The notes beneath the pieces are model-generated. The model was not told where the DNA came from and did no database searches. It was given only the letters and a program-made list of their open reading frames with translations. A program made the position numbers and the translations under genes. Positions 1 to 9,572 of a stretch of 50,716 nucleotides of DNA are shown here, one piece after another. The first letter of the stretch is position 1. Every line of letters starts with the position of its first letter. The stretch spans positions 1-50,716 of the IMG/VR virus record IMGVR_UViG_3300026319_000007, one strand, 5' to 3'. The DNA comes from a virus. Its lineage: Duplodnaviria; Caudoviricetes.

Positions 1-1
1 T

Positions 2-235
2 ATCATCGGCGACACCGAGATCAAGGGAGGCTATGCCAAAGCAGTGGCGGAGATCCAGGACTGGCTCCAGGGCTTCGATGCAACGGTCAAAAGCCAGATC
101 CAGGCCCTTCAGTCCTTCCTTCCCAAAGAAGATCCAAAGCCTATTGAGATAGCAGTTGTGCCTGCGGATGCCACAATTCCCCAGGAATCCTCAGAAACGT
201 CCACAACCCCAGAAATTCTGGCAGAGGTGAAGTAA
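2..235 (+). CDS. Hypothetical protein, 5'-partial; probably starts at ATG 50706 across the end/start junction
   Basis: Frame is open from base 2 (IIGDTEIKGGYAKAVAEIQ...); its stop abuts the next ATG at 236. Confidence 0.6.
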   Translation: MIGDTEIKGGYAKAVAEIQDWLQGFDATVKSQIQALQSFLPKEDPKPIEIAVVPADATIPQESSETSTTPEILAEVK

Positions 236-496
236 ATGATTGCCTTCAAAGCTTCCTATCTCGGTCATGTACTTGCCTTTGGACTCTTTGCCGACAGCCT
301 CGTTAGAGGAAATACTTCAATGGCTGCGTGTGCTGTGGCTTCATTTGCCGTAGCCCTGGCCTACGACTTCGTGGAACGCCATTATTCGGTCAGGAACGTC
401 GAGTTCGCCATTCCTGAAGACTTCAAGCGGAAGGTGCAGGACTTGGAGGCCCGCGTGACGACAATTGAATACGGCATCAAGGCGAGGGGGTTCTAA
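236..496 (+). CDS. Small membrane protein (two hydrophobic segments and a coiled-coil C-terminus)
   Basis: Translation; ATG directly follows the upstream stop. Confidence 0.6.
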   Translation: MIAFKASYLGHVLAFGLFADSLVRGNTSMAACAVASFAVALAYDFVERHYSVRNVEFAIPEDFKRKVQDLEARVTTIEYGIKARGF

Positions 497-499
497 ATC

Positions 500-616
500 A
501 TGAAAATGGAATTGACCTTTTACAGCCCGACAGGGGAGCCAGTTGTGCTGACGTTGGACGAGGCCAGAGAACTTTATGTTCTTTTAGCAGAACTGTTTGC
601 AGTGAAGGCAAGTTAA
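500..616 (+). CDS. Hypothetical 38-aa protein (MKMELTFYSPTGEPVVLTLDEARELY...)
   Basis: Read by hand; exactly fills the gap between neighbouring ORFs. Confidence 0.5.
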   Translation: MKMELTFYSPTGEPVVLTLDEARELYVLLAELFAVKAS

Positions 617-617
617 G

Positions 618-827
618 ATGGCCGAAGAACAAAAGGAAAGAGATGAAGACGCTTTGAATGAGTTGGGACAAAAAACCCCCATACCATCAAATCAATTTGT
701 TCCACCCACCTATATAGCTCCAAATACCTGTCCTTCATGTGATTACTGCCCCACTTGTGGCAGACATGGAAACCATTGGAATCTTCCGTATACTTATCCA
801 ATTTGGGGTGGAGGAACATTCGTATGA
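618..827 (+). CDS. Small zinc-finger-like protein (CPSC..CPTC)
   Basis: Two CxxC motifs; tight packing with neighbours. Confidence 0.55.
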   Translation: MAEEQKERDEDALNELGQKTPIPSNQFVPPTYIAPNTCPSCDYCPTCGRHGNHWNLPYTYPIWGGGTFV

Positions 828-1201
828 TTTCCTTCGGGCTGGTGGTGGCGGCGAACAATCTCCTTGCCCTCAAGAACTTCACTGTCTTTCTTTCCAATTA
901 CAAGATCTTTGATAAGCCTTCTTTTTTGGAGAAGTGGCTGATTGCCAGGGAACAAATCTGGATCAATCGGAAGGCCATAAAGAACTTCCTCGACATCGTT
1001 GGAGAAGTTAAGAAAACTGAGATTAACATTGGACTTAATGACTGCGCTACGGGAATGTTCACGGTGCTTTACATTGCCAATGAATACAAATTCGGTCGCA
1101 TGGTGATCCACGATTCCCAGGAATTATTCCAGTTAATTTCCCACACCGAGTTGGAGTTTGAGAAACTGAAAAAACCCCAGAGTGACGAGAGTTACAAGTA
1201 A
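824..1201 (+). CDS. Hypothetical protein
   Basis: Likely start is ATG 824 (ATGA overlap, GGAGG upstream); stop overlaps the terS ATG. Confidence 0.55.
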   Translation: MISFGLVVAANNLLALKNFTVFLSNYKIFDKPSFLEKWLIAREQIWINRKAIKNFLDIVGEVKKTEINIGLNDCATGMFTVLYIANEYKFGRMVIHDSQELFQLISHTELEFEKLKKPQSDESYK

Positions 1202-1572
1202 TGTCCCTCCTGAATCCCTACAGAAAAGGCAATCCTGGATGGGCAAAAGGAAAGTCCGGCAATCCAGATGGTAGGCCAAAGCTGGGGGCCACAATGGGAG
1301 TGAAACGTACACTTGCCAGGATGAAGCGGAATCCAGTTGAAGAACTTGTCCTGCTAGCAGATATGAGTAGGGACAAGGGTGATTGTAACACCGCGATAAA
1401 GATTTGGGAAAAGCTGTATGATGATAGCCTGGATTCGGGACTCGATCCGGAGAAAGAGAAGAGGACTACGGAGCAACTTTTGAAGGAGTTGGAAAAAGAT
1501 GAGTCAAGATCCAGCAATGGAAGCAGCCATCCGTCTCAGTTGGGAGACGGGGAGATTAAAACGGCTTCTTAA
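1201..1572 (+). CDS. terS: Terminase small subunit
   Basis: N-terminal GNPGWAKGKSGNPDGRPK motif typical of TerS/DUF5681-like proteins; directly upstream of TerL. Confidence 0.8.
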   Translation: MSLLNPYRKGNPGWAKGKSGNPDGRPKLGATMGVKRTLARMKRNPVEELVLLADMSRDKGDCNTAIKIWEKLYDDSLDSGLDPEKEKRTTEQLLKELEKDESRSSNGSSHPSQLGDGEIKTAS

Positions 1573-2944
1573 GCCTGTCCAAAAAGAAATTTACGACGCC
1601 ATCAAGGCATCTACTGAGCTTATCTATGTGGTCAACTGCTCCAGAAGGATTGGAAAGACTACCACGCTCGGGGTGATAGCAACAGAAATTGCTATCCAAT
1701 ATCCAGAGGCCCAAGTGCACTTTGGTGCACCCTATCAGAATGCTCTTAAGGACTTCCTCCTACCAATTTTTAACCAGATTTTATCAGACTGTCCCCCAAA
1801 TCTTCGTCCGAAGTGGAAGCCGAATGATGGGAAATTTGTATTTCCTAATGGTTCCTCAATCAAACTTTGTGGAGCTAACAATGGGCAATTTGAAAATCTT
1901 CGTGGAAATAAGTCAGATTATTTTATCCTGGATGAAGCGGCACAAGTGGATGAGCTGGATGCTATTGTTAAAGACGTTGCTCTTCCTCAGCTACTTTCTT
2001 CTAAATATCCCGGCAAGAAAATGATCTTACCTTCCACTCCCCCAAACACACCCGACCATCCCTTTAAAGTTTATGCCGAGAAGGCAAAGTCGCGGGGGGC
2101 GTATAGTGAATACGACATCGAACAGAGTTGGTATTCCAAGGAAGAAATAGAAAGATTTATCGAAGAGATGGGAGGTAGAAACTCCACCAGATGCCAGCGA
2201 GAGCTATTTTGCAAGTTTGTTACCGATGCATCCCTTCAGATAATCCCCGAATGGAATACCCAACTCCATGTACAGGAAATCAAGGAGGATGACTATTTCC
2301 AATTTTACTTCCTTCTTGAAGGAATGGACGTTGGATACCGCGACTTCACTGCATGGTTGTTAGGTTATTATAATTTTCTTGATGCGAAGCTTTATATAAA
2401 AAAAGAAATCGCTATGAGAGAAAATGAGTTTAGAACTGATCGGCTTGCCGAGAGCATCAAAAAGACTGAGGAAGATTTTGCCAAGATAAGTGGACCTCAG
2501 TCTCGGATACGCCGCATTGCAGATAATGCAAACTTGAATATCCTTGCTGATTTATCTAGTATTTATAGGCTTCCATTCACTCCCGTTAGTAAGAAGAATG
2601 GGAAGGAATGGATGGTGAATCAGTTGAGGCAAGCTGTGAAGGCAGGAAAAATCATTATAGATCCCTCCTGCAAGATGCTGATCTCCTCTCTTGAATTTGG
2701 AATCTGGCGGCGCAACAGAGACGATTTTGACAAATCTCCCGATCTTGGCCATTATGACTTTATTGATGCTTTGATTTATTTGGTCGCAGTACTCCTCCCC
2801 ACAGTTGTCAACATAAATCCGATTCCCCCGCTATATAAAATCAATGTGACCAACACAATGTTTCCAAATAACCAGGTTCCCTATAATGAGAGCCAGGTAA
2901 CAACTGATGCAGCCGTAAAGAAGATGTTTCCCAAACTATTTTAA
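1499..2944 (+). CDS. terL: Terminase large subunit
   Basis: Walker A SRRIGKT, Walker B FILDEAAQ, coupling motif STP, RNase H-like GMDVG and HYDFIDAL. Confidence 0.95.
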   Translation: MSQDPAMEAAIRLSWETGRLKRLLKPVQKEIYDAIKASTELIYVVNCSRRIGKTTTLGVIATEIAIQYPEAQVHFGAPYQNALKDFLLPIFNQILSDCPPNLRPKWKPNDGKFVFPNGSSIKLCGANNGQFENLRGNKSDYFILDEAAQVDELDAIVKDVALPQLLSSKYPGKKMILPSTPPNTPDHPFKVYAEKAKSRGAYSEYDIEQSWYSKEEIERFIEEMGGRNSTRCQRELFCKFVTDASLQIIPEWNTQLHVQEIKEDDYFQFYFLLEGMDVGYRDFTAWLLGYYNFLDAKLYIKKEIAMRENEFRTDRLAESIKKTEEDFAKISGPQSRIRRIADNANLNILADLSSIYRLPFTPVSKKNGKEWMVNQLRQAVKAGKIIIDPSCKMLISSLEFGIWRRNRDDFDKSPDLGHYDFIDALIYLVAVLLPTVVNINPIPPLYKINVTNTMFPNNQVPYNESQVTTDAAVKKMFPKLF

Positions 2945-2954
2945 GGAATGAATA

Positions 2955-5060
2955 ATGGACAGTCACGTTTTTGACTCATATTGGGCCGCAGAACAGGATG
3001 TTCTGAAATTGGTTGGATATCTTGAGCATAAGGTATCTGACTTTGATCGTCATATTGATATGGCTGGTCGTTGGCTCACATGGCGGGATCTTTATTACAA
3101 CTATTATTTGGTTAATGAGCAGAACTATCTTTTTCCCAACTATGGTGCTGATGGATTCAAGCGGCTTAATATAAATCATTTTAGGGAAATTCTTAAGCAT
3201 CTTCTTTCATTGGTCACGGCGCAAAGAGTAGTTCCAGAACCGATGTCCACGAACACGGATGCCAAGTCCCAGGCCCAGACGATTTTTTGCAAGAACATCC
3301 TGACCTATGAGAATAAAGAAAAACGACTTGACAAAACTTTTGAGTTTGCTTGTGAAACAGCCATTCTCCTTGGAGGAGCCTACGTCTCAAGAGAATGGGA
3401 TGCTTCAATTGGTGATATTTATGGAGCTGACCCAATATCGGGACAGCAACTCCATAAAGGTGATTATGTAGTCAACATCTACAATCCTCTCGACTGTATC
3501 TTCGACTTTGCCCAGAGTGGATGGGATGTGAATAATTGGGTTATTCTTCGAAAATATTATAATCGGTGGGATCTGATTGACAAGTTTCCTCTTCATGCGG
3601 ATGCGATTAAGGCAATTTCTATTGCTCCTGAAACAAAGAGACACCGATTGGGGCATATCATCAATGAAAAGAATGAGGACTTGATCCCACTGTATACTTT
3701 TTACCATAAAAAGACAGCCTCAGTTCCAATGGGCCGCACAACCATCTTTTTAGACTCGCATACATGCCTATTTGATGGCTCCCTTCCCTATAAAAGAGTT
3801 CCCGTGGATCGTATTGCTGCTGATGACCAGATGAACAATCCTTTCCCCTATTCGGTTTCGATGGATCTTCTGCCCATCCAGAAGGTATACAATGCTCTTG
3901 TGTCTGCTGTCTGCACGAACCAGGCCGCATTCGGTGTACAGAATATTATGATTCCCCGAGAATGCTCGATTGCACTCACGCAACTTACTGAAGGAATGAA
4001 TGCGATTTACTATGATGCCTCTGTTGCTCAGGGAGCGAAGCCAGAACCATTGAATCTTTTAATGACTCGTCCCGAGATATTTCAATTTATTGAATATCTT
4101 GAAAAGAAGATGGCGCAAATCTCTGGAGTCAATGATACAATTCAAGGAAATCCTGCTGCTAATCTTAAATCGGGAACTGCTTTAGCTTTTGTTGCTTCTC
4201 AAGCTCTCACTTTTATTAGTCCCCTTTCTCGATCTTATAATGCTCTTCTTGAGGCTACTTGGACTGGTATTGTTGATATCATCAAGGAATTCGCCACGAC
4301 GCCAAGAATGCTCCTCATTGCTGGAAAGTCAAATTCCTATGAAGCCACTGAATTTACGAATAAGGACATTGAGGATATTGATCGGGTTATAGTGGAGACA
4401 GGAAATCCCCTCACACAAACATTGGCTGGAAGAATCCAAATTGCCCAAGATTTGCTGCAGGCTGGACTTCTAAACAAGGAAGAGTACATGACAGTCATAC
4501 AGACAGGACAGATTGAGCCACTTTATGCCTATGAAACAGCAGAACTCCTCTGCATCAAAAAGTCGGTGGAGGATCTTCAGGCTGGAAAGCCTCATAAGGC
4601 ATTGATAACAGATAATCATCCTTTGTTCATCCGGGAATTCTTGACCATTCTCGCCTCGCCAGATATCCGCCTTGCACAAGATAATGTTGTGATGACGAAT
4701 ACCCTGAATGCCATCCAGCAGCATATGGACTTGTGGAAGCAGGCGACCATATCGAATCCGGCAATCCTAGCAATCCAGAACGTGCCACCATTTCCCATGC
4801 CGCAGCCTTCAATGCCCCTTCTGGGTCCGGGAGCAGGAGCACCTCCTCCAGCAGTAATGCCAGGAAAGGAAAATCCGAATGGTTCTAAAGTTCCAAAAGC
4901 ACCAAATTTGCCAGGAGTGATTCAGTCCACTCCACCTGGAGCAGTTCCTCGTGTGGCTCCGCCACAAGCCCCAAAACTTCCTCCAGGAACTCCAGCAGTG
5001 ACACAAAATGCTGCCGCCCAATTACAGGCAGCTGTTCCACAAGTTCCACCAGTAAGATAA
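2955..5060 (+). CDS. Portal protein (P22/podovirus-like) with Pro-rich C-terminal tail
   Basis: 701 aa directly after TerL; QISGVNDTIQG..SGTA motif typical of this portal class. Confidence 0.85.
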   Translation: MDSHVFDSYWAAEQDVLKLVGYLEHKVSDFDRHIDMAGRWLTWRDLYYNYYLVNEQNYLFPNYGADGFKRLNINHFREILKHLLSLVTAQRVVPEPMSTNTDAKSQAQTIFCKNILTYENKEKRLDKTFEFACETAILLGGAYVSREWDASIGDIYGADPISGQQLHKGDYVVNIYNPLDCIFDFAQSGWDVNNWVILRKYYNRWDLIDKFPLHADAIKAISIAPETKRHRLGHIINEKNEDLIPLYTFYHKKTASVPMGRTTIFLDSHTCLFDGSLPYKRVPVDRIAADDQMNNPFPYSVSMDLLPIQKVYNALVSAVCTNQAAFGVQNIMIPRECSIALTQLTEGMNAIYYDASVAQGAKPEPLNLLMTRPEIFQFIEYLEKKMAQISGVNDTIQGNPAANLKSGTALAFVASQALTFISPLSRSYNALLEATWTGIVDIIKEFATTPRMLLIAGKSNSYEATEFTNKDIEDIDRVIVETGNPLTQTLAGRIQIAQDLLQAGLLNKEEYMTVIQTGQIEPLYAYETAELLCIKKSVEDLQAGKPHKALITDNHPLFIREFLTILASPDIRLAQDNVVMTNTLNAIQQHMDLWKQATISNPAILAIQNVPPFPMPQPSMPLLGPGAGAPPPAVMPGKENPNGSKVPKAPNLPGVIQSTPPGAVPRVAPPQAPKLPPGTPAVTQNAAAQLQAAVPQVPPVR

Positions 5061-5081
5061 AAATTCAGGAGAAAATTACCA

Positions 5082-5438
5082 ATGTCTAATTTAATTTCAG
5101 GCAAATTTCCGGCCCAAACATATCGAAACCTTAATGTGCAAACCACTGGATCAGTAATCAAGGCTGCCAAGGGGCAAATTTTTGACTTGCACATCTGCAA
5201 TCAAGCGGCTGCGACACGATTTGTCAAACTGTATGATAAAGCCACTGCTCCCACTGCATCTGATACTCCTTTGCGAACCTATTCGATTCCGGCCACCACC
5301 ACCATTTCTCTTGCCGTGACAACCGCAGGAATTGAGTTTCTGTTAGGAATTGGTGTTCGTGGAACTCAACTTCTTGCTGACAATGATAATACCGCACCCG
5401 CAGCCAATGACATCATTGTAAATGTCGGCTGGCTATAA
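5082..5438 (+). CDS. Small beta-rich virion protein
   Basis: AGGAGA RBS; position and composition. Confidence 0.6.
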   Translation: MSNLISGKFPAQTYRNLNVQTTGSVIKAAKGQIFDLHICNQAAATRFVKLYDKATAPTASDTPLRTYSIPATTTISLAVTTAGIEFLLGIGVRGTQLLADNDNTAPAANDIIVNVGWL

Positions 5439-5456
5439 AATTTAAGGAGAATCAAA

Positions 5457-6542
5457 ATGGCACTTTTACTCAAGGCAATCAATAGTTCGGATACTACAAT
5501 CATGTTCTCCTCGGGGGATATAAATTTTCCCCAAGATGCCGGAGTGGTCCAAATTAACTCTGAAATAATTACTTATACCACCATTTACATGGGAACGATG
5601 TACGGGTGCACGCGCGGGGCGCAAAGCACAACTCCCGCCGCCCATGCAATTTCTAGTTCCATTCTTCTACTTAATTTCTTCAGCGGAATTCCCACTGATT
5701 TGGGAATAACTCAATTGACGGGGGATGTGACGGCTGGACCTGGAAGTGGGAGTCAGGCTGCCACATTGGCCAATACAGCAGTGACTCCGGGTTCTTATAC
5801 TCATACGAGCCTTACAGTGGATGCCAAGGGAAGACTGACGGCAGCCTCCAATGGAACTGCCCCAGTCACCAGTGTTACAGGAACAAGTCCCATTGCAAGT
5901 TCAGGGGGAGCCACACCGGCGATTAGCCTGAATGATACTGCCGTCACTCCTGGTTCATACACAAGTGCCAACATCACCGTAGATTCTAAAGGTCGTTTAA
6001 CTGCCGCTGCAAATGGATCTGGCGGAACTACATTTCCACTTTTAGCTCCAGATGGAATCAACAGTGCTCCATCATACTCATTTACAACGTTGCCAACGGG
6101 AGGGCTGTGGTGGGATGAGGCCAACGGATTTTTACGAGTAAATCGTGATGATTTGCACAGCCTAGCCATTAATGGTTCTGGTGGATCTGATGTGATCATA
6201 ACTAATCCAGCTGTCGGAGGAGGCATCGCGCTAATATCAGATGCAACAGGATCAGTAAGTGTGGGTAGCGCAGTAGCTCAATTGTCATTGAGTTTTGGCG
6301 CATTTGCAGCAGATTTATTCTCCACCACTTGTGAAATGACCTTTGATGATACATCAACAGGCGTTATTATTTTTAAAACAAATAATGGCACTAATATTGC
6401 GGCTGAATTTGACAGTTCCACCATAGCAGCAGATACACGCTTTCTTCTTTGGGACGTCACTGCTGGATCTTTAAAGCGAGTTAGCCGTGGAGCTACCGAT
6501 TCCGGCGGAGCTGGATTCCGAGTTTTAAGAATACCCAATTAA
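5457..6542 (+). CDS. Tail or head fibre-like protein
   Basis: G/S/T/A-rich; two copies of the TAVTPGSYT..TVDxKGRLTAA fibre repeat; strong RBS. Confidence 0.7.
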   Translation: MALLLKAINSSDTTIMFSSGDINFPQDAGVVQINSEIITYTTIYMGTMYGCTRGAQSTTPAAHAISSSILLLNFFSGIPTDLGITQLTGDVTAGPGSGSQAATLANTAVTPGSYTHTSLTVDAKGRLTAASNGTAPVTSVTGTSPIASSGGATPAISLNDTAVTPGSYTSANITVDSKGRLTAAANGSGGTTFPLLAPDGINSAPSYSFTTLPTGGLWWDEANGFLRVNRDDLHSLAINGSGGSDVIITNPAVGGGIALISDATGSVSVGSAVAQLSLSFGAFAADLFSTTCEMTFDDTSTGVIIFKTNNGTNIAAEFDSSTIAADTRFLLWDVTAGSLKRVSRGATDSGGAGFRVLRIPN

Positions 6543-6690
6543 AAATTTCAGTATAAATTTATACTGTAATCATCACAGTATAGATAAATACCAATTTGCC
6601 TATTGTAAATAGGCATTTTAAATATAAAGTAAACCCACACCACCTACGAGCTATCCATAACAAAGGCTCATGGTTCAAGGAGAACTGACA

Positions 6691-7644
6691 ATGAATGACA
6701 CACCCGTAACACCATCCGCTGAAATGGGGAATGCTTCAAGTAGCACAAATGATACTTCGACAAAACTAACATCTACAACAAAAGTTGATGTTACTTCCGT
6801 AAAAGCTGCTGCAACTGCACCAGTTGACAAATCTGCTGCAGATAAAGTTAAGACAGATACTCCAGCCGAAAAAGCCGTTATCCAAAAGATCAAAATTGGC
6901 GATATGGAGTATGATGAAGCCACTCTAAAATCAATGATTGAAAAATCATCAGGCGCGGAGAAGAAGTTCCTCGAAGCTGCGAAAATGCGGAAGGAAGCAA
7001 TGCGATTCTTCAAGCTTGCCAAGGAAAATCCCAAGGAATTCCTTGCCAAGACCGGACTGGACCCAAAAAAGTTTGCCTATGATGAAGTTGCCCAAGACAT
7101 AAAGAACAAACTTCGAGATCCAAAGGAAGTTGCTCTTGAAGAAGCAGAGAAGCGAATCAAAGAATATGAAGCAAAAGAAACTGAACAAAAGCGCTTGGCT
7201 GATGAAGCTAAACTTGAGCAGCAAGCAAAATCCCTTGAACAAAAGTTTCATGCTGAAATGATAGATGCCCTTGAGGCTTATCCCGAATTACCAAAGAATG
7301 GCTTTACGGTGGCAAAATTGGCTGAGGCAATTGAAACAGTCAGAAATAAAACGGGTATTTTGCTTACTGCGAAGGAAGTAGCCCCAAAAGTTGTTTCTGA
7401 TATGCGTAGACAGGTAGAAGGAGTTGTTAAAGGACTCACACCTGAACAATTGATTGCTCTTATCGGGCAAGAATCAGTTGATGCAATCTTAAAACATAGT
7501 CTTTCTAAAGTAAAAAATCCTTTATCTGGAAACAATGGTGCCCAAAGTTCTTCTGAAGGAAAACCGAAAGAGAAACGCTGGAAATCTTCAAATGACTTCT
7601 GGAAAACAATTGATAAGGCTGCAAAACAAGAGAGAGGTGAATGA
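6691..7644 (+). CDS. Capsid scaffolding protein
   Basis: Charged, helical, low-complexity N-terminus; upstream of MCP; AAGGAG RBS favours ATG 6691. Confidence 0.7.
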   Translation: MNDTPVTPSAEMGNASSSTNDTSTKLTSTTKVDVTSVKAAATAPVDKSAADKVKTDTPAEKAVIQKIKIGDMEYDEATLKSMIEKSSGAEKKFLEAAKMRKEAMRFFKLAKENPKEFLAKTGLDPKKFAYDEVAQDIKNKLRDPKEVALEEAEKRIKEYEAKETEQKRLADEAKLEQQAKSLEQKFHAEMIDALEAYPELPKNGFTVAKLAEAIETVRNKTGILLTAKEVAPKVVSDMRRQVEGVVKGLTPEQLIALIGQESVDAILKHSLSKVKNPLSGNNGAQSSSEGKPKEKRWKSSNDFWKTIDKAAKQERGE

Positions 7645-7847
7645 TCATGGATAGCACAGTCAATAAAAAGCGAGTCATTCCCAAGATTGCCTATCAATTA
7701 GAAGAAAAGACTGGTGGATTTCAATTGTTTGTTATCAAACTCGATGATGATAATAAGATGGTGTCTAGGGAAAGGATCAGCGATCCCGATGCTTGGGATC
7801 AAATAATTCTTCTTCTTGAAGCGGAACTCGGAAGGCAGTTTCAATAA
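7641..7847 (+). CDS. Hypothetical protein
   Basis: Overlaps the scaffold stop; GAGGTG RBS. Confidence 0.55.
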   Translation: MIMDSTVNKKRVIPKIAYQLEEKTGGFQLFVIKLDDDNKMVSRERISDPDAWDQIILLLEAELGRQFQ

Positions 7848-7848
7848 A

Positions 7849-8170
7849 TTTTAATTATATCATGCGCCGACATGGTAGCAGTCTTTCTTTTGGAAGGACT
7901 TAGACTGTAAATCGGCATAATTTAAAAGATTTCGGATTCGCCTTGCGAGAGGATAGAAATCGCTTTTGTACAAAAGTATATCTCGCTCTATTTAAATCCT
8001 CCTACACATTGCTTTCGAAAATGAATGGAGGCTAATCGAAAGGTTAGTTTGCAAACTATAGTACACAAATAGACTTGGAGTCTACAAGAGGGTTCAAAGG
8101 CCAAAACCCACCTAACCTTGTGGCAGAAGAGAGTGTTTGTCCTTCCAAATAAACAAAAATTCAAACCTTT
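7849..8170 (+). ncRNA. Putative structured RNA or leader of the major capsid gene
   Basis: ORF-free gap with many inverted repeats (see findings). Confidence 0.4.
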
Positions 8171-8184
8171 AATGGAGAATCAAA

Positions 8185-9462
8185 ATGGCCGCAACAATCC
8201 CCGCCTCAATTATCGGTGATTTTAAGGAACGCTACAATACCAAGGGTATTCAAGACGCGATTCCCGAATCCCGAGTAATCCTCAAAAATGTGGAGTTTGA
8301 CAAAGCAACCCTCGTCGGTAATGCTTTCCATACTCCGGTGATCCTGTCTGATGAAGCTGGATTTACGTATGCCGCGAACAATGCCGGAAATTACGCTCTT
8401 AACGGGCCGATTTCCCTCAATGTTCCGGATGCGCAAGTCCGTCCTGCTCAGATCACGCTCGTCTCTCAAATTGCTTATGATGCCCTGTCCCAATCACTCG
8501 GTTCTGGCGCTGCGTTTCTGTCCGCAACGAAGCTCATCACCAAGAGAATGATTGATTCCATGTCCAAGCGCGTTGAACTCGCTGCTCTCTACGGAGGCAA
8601 AGGTCTTGGCAAAACTGCCGCGACTGGTTCTTCAAGTGTTGATGCCACTCACGAAATTGTTGCTTTCACGCAACAGTCTTGGTCTGATGGTATTTGGGCT
8701 GGTACAGTAAATAATCAAGTTCAGTTCTATAATGGTGCAGCCCTTGTTAGTTCTGGTGCTGATTCCGTATTCACCATCACCGCTGTCAATCCGACTCTCC
8801 GTACATTGACTGTCTCTGGTACTGCTACTGGTATTGCTGCCCTTCATGCTCTTGTTGTTACAACTCCGACGACTCTCGACATCTACTTCAATAGTGCTCA
8901 TGGAAATGAGATGTTCGGAATCGACTTCATTCTCACCAACACGGGTGTTCTCTTCAACATTGATGCCTCAGTCTATGACTTGTGGAAATCAAATGTTATT
9001 GATAATGCAGCTGGAAAACTTACCTTCCTTGCTCTGCAGAATGCCGTTGCTGTTGCTGTGGGTCGTGGCTTGGACACTGCTGTTGATACTGTTATAAACC
9101 CGAAAGTTTGGGCGAACCTGGTCACCTCTCAAAGTGGTGCTCGTCGGTTTGACTCAAGCTACAAGAAAACCCTGATGGAGAACGGCGCTGAGAAGCTTAC
9201 GTTCTATTCCCAGAATGGTGTTATGAACGTCACCCCTTCACTTTATGTGAAAGAGGGAGATTGCTTCATCCTTCCGTTCGATACTTATCAACGGATTGGT
9301 TCTATGGACATCGAGTTCATGCCGCAAGTTATGGGTTCTGATGAGTTCTTCCAATACGTTCCTGGCTTCAATGCCTACGAACTGCGTCTCTGGACGAATC
9401 AGCAGATCTTCTGCACCCTTCCGGCGCGTTCAGTCAAAATCTTCAACATTTCGCTGAGCTAA
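8185..9462 (+). CDS. Major capsid protein
   Basis: 425 aa after scaffold; GGAGAATCAAAATG initiation site; tandem TAA stop; HK97-like size and composition. Confidence 0.85.
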   Translation: MAATIPASIIGDFKERYNTKGIQDAIPESRVILKNVEFDKATLVGNAFHTPVILSDEAGFTYAANNAGNYALNGPISLNVPDAQVRPAQITLVSQIAYDALSQSLGSGAAFLSATKLITKRMIDSMSKRVELAALYGGKGLGKTAATGSSSVDATHEIVAFTQQSWSDGIWAGTVNNQVQFYNGAALVSSGADSVFTITAVNPTLRTLTVSGTATGIAALHALVVTTPTTLDIYFNSAHGNEMFGIDFILTNTGVLFNIDASVYDLWKSNVIDNAAGKLTFLALQNAVAVAVGRGLDTAVDTVINPKVWANLVTSQSGARRFDSSYKKTLMENGAEKLTFYSQNGVMNVTPSLYVKEGDCFILPFDTYQRIGSMDIEFMPQVMGSDEFFQYVPGFNAYELRLWTNQQIFCTLPARSVKIFNISLS

Positions 9463-9572
9463 TAAGCTAACCACTTTAATCGGTTAAAGCAAACTACTTG
9501 TCCCGGAGTTTCTGTCGGAGAAATCCGTCTTTCAAGGGATATCTTTTAATTTGATCCAAAGGAGTCTTTATC

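Noticed and set aside
7903-7913. GACTGTAAATC resembles a tRNA-Tyr anticodon arm
   Set aside because: No T-loop GTTCRA at the proper distance, no acceptor stem and no CCA; it sits inside a longer hairpin
8028-8062. CTAATCGAAAGGTTAG..GCAAACTATAG resembles P2 of a c-di-GMP-I riboswitch
   Set aside because: The conserved GGCAAA and GACGCAAA flanks and a proper P3 are missing; kept only as part of the structured leader
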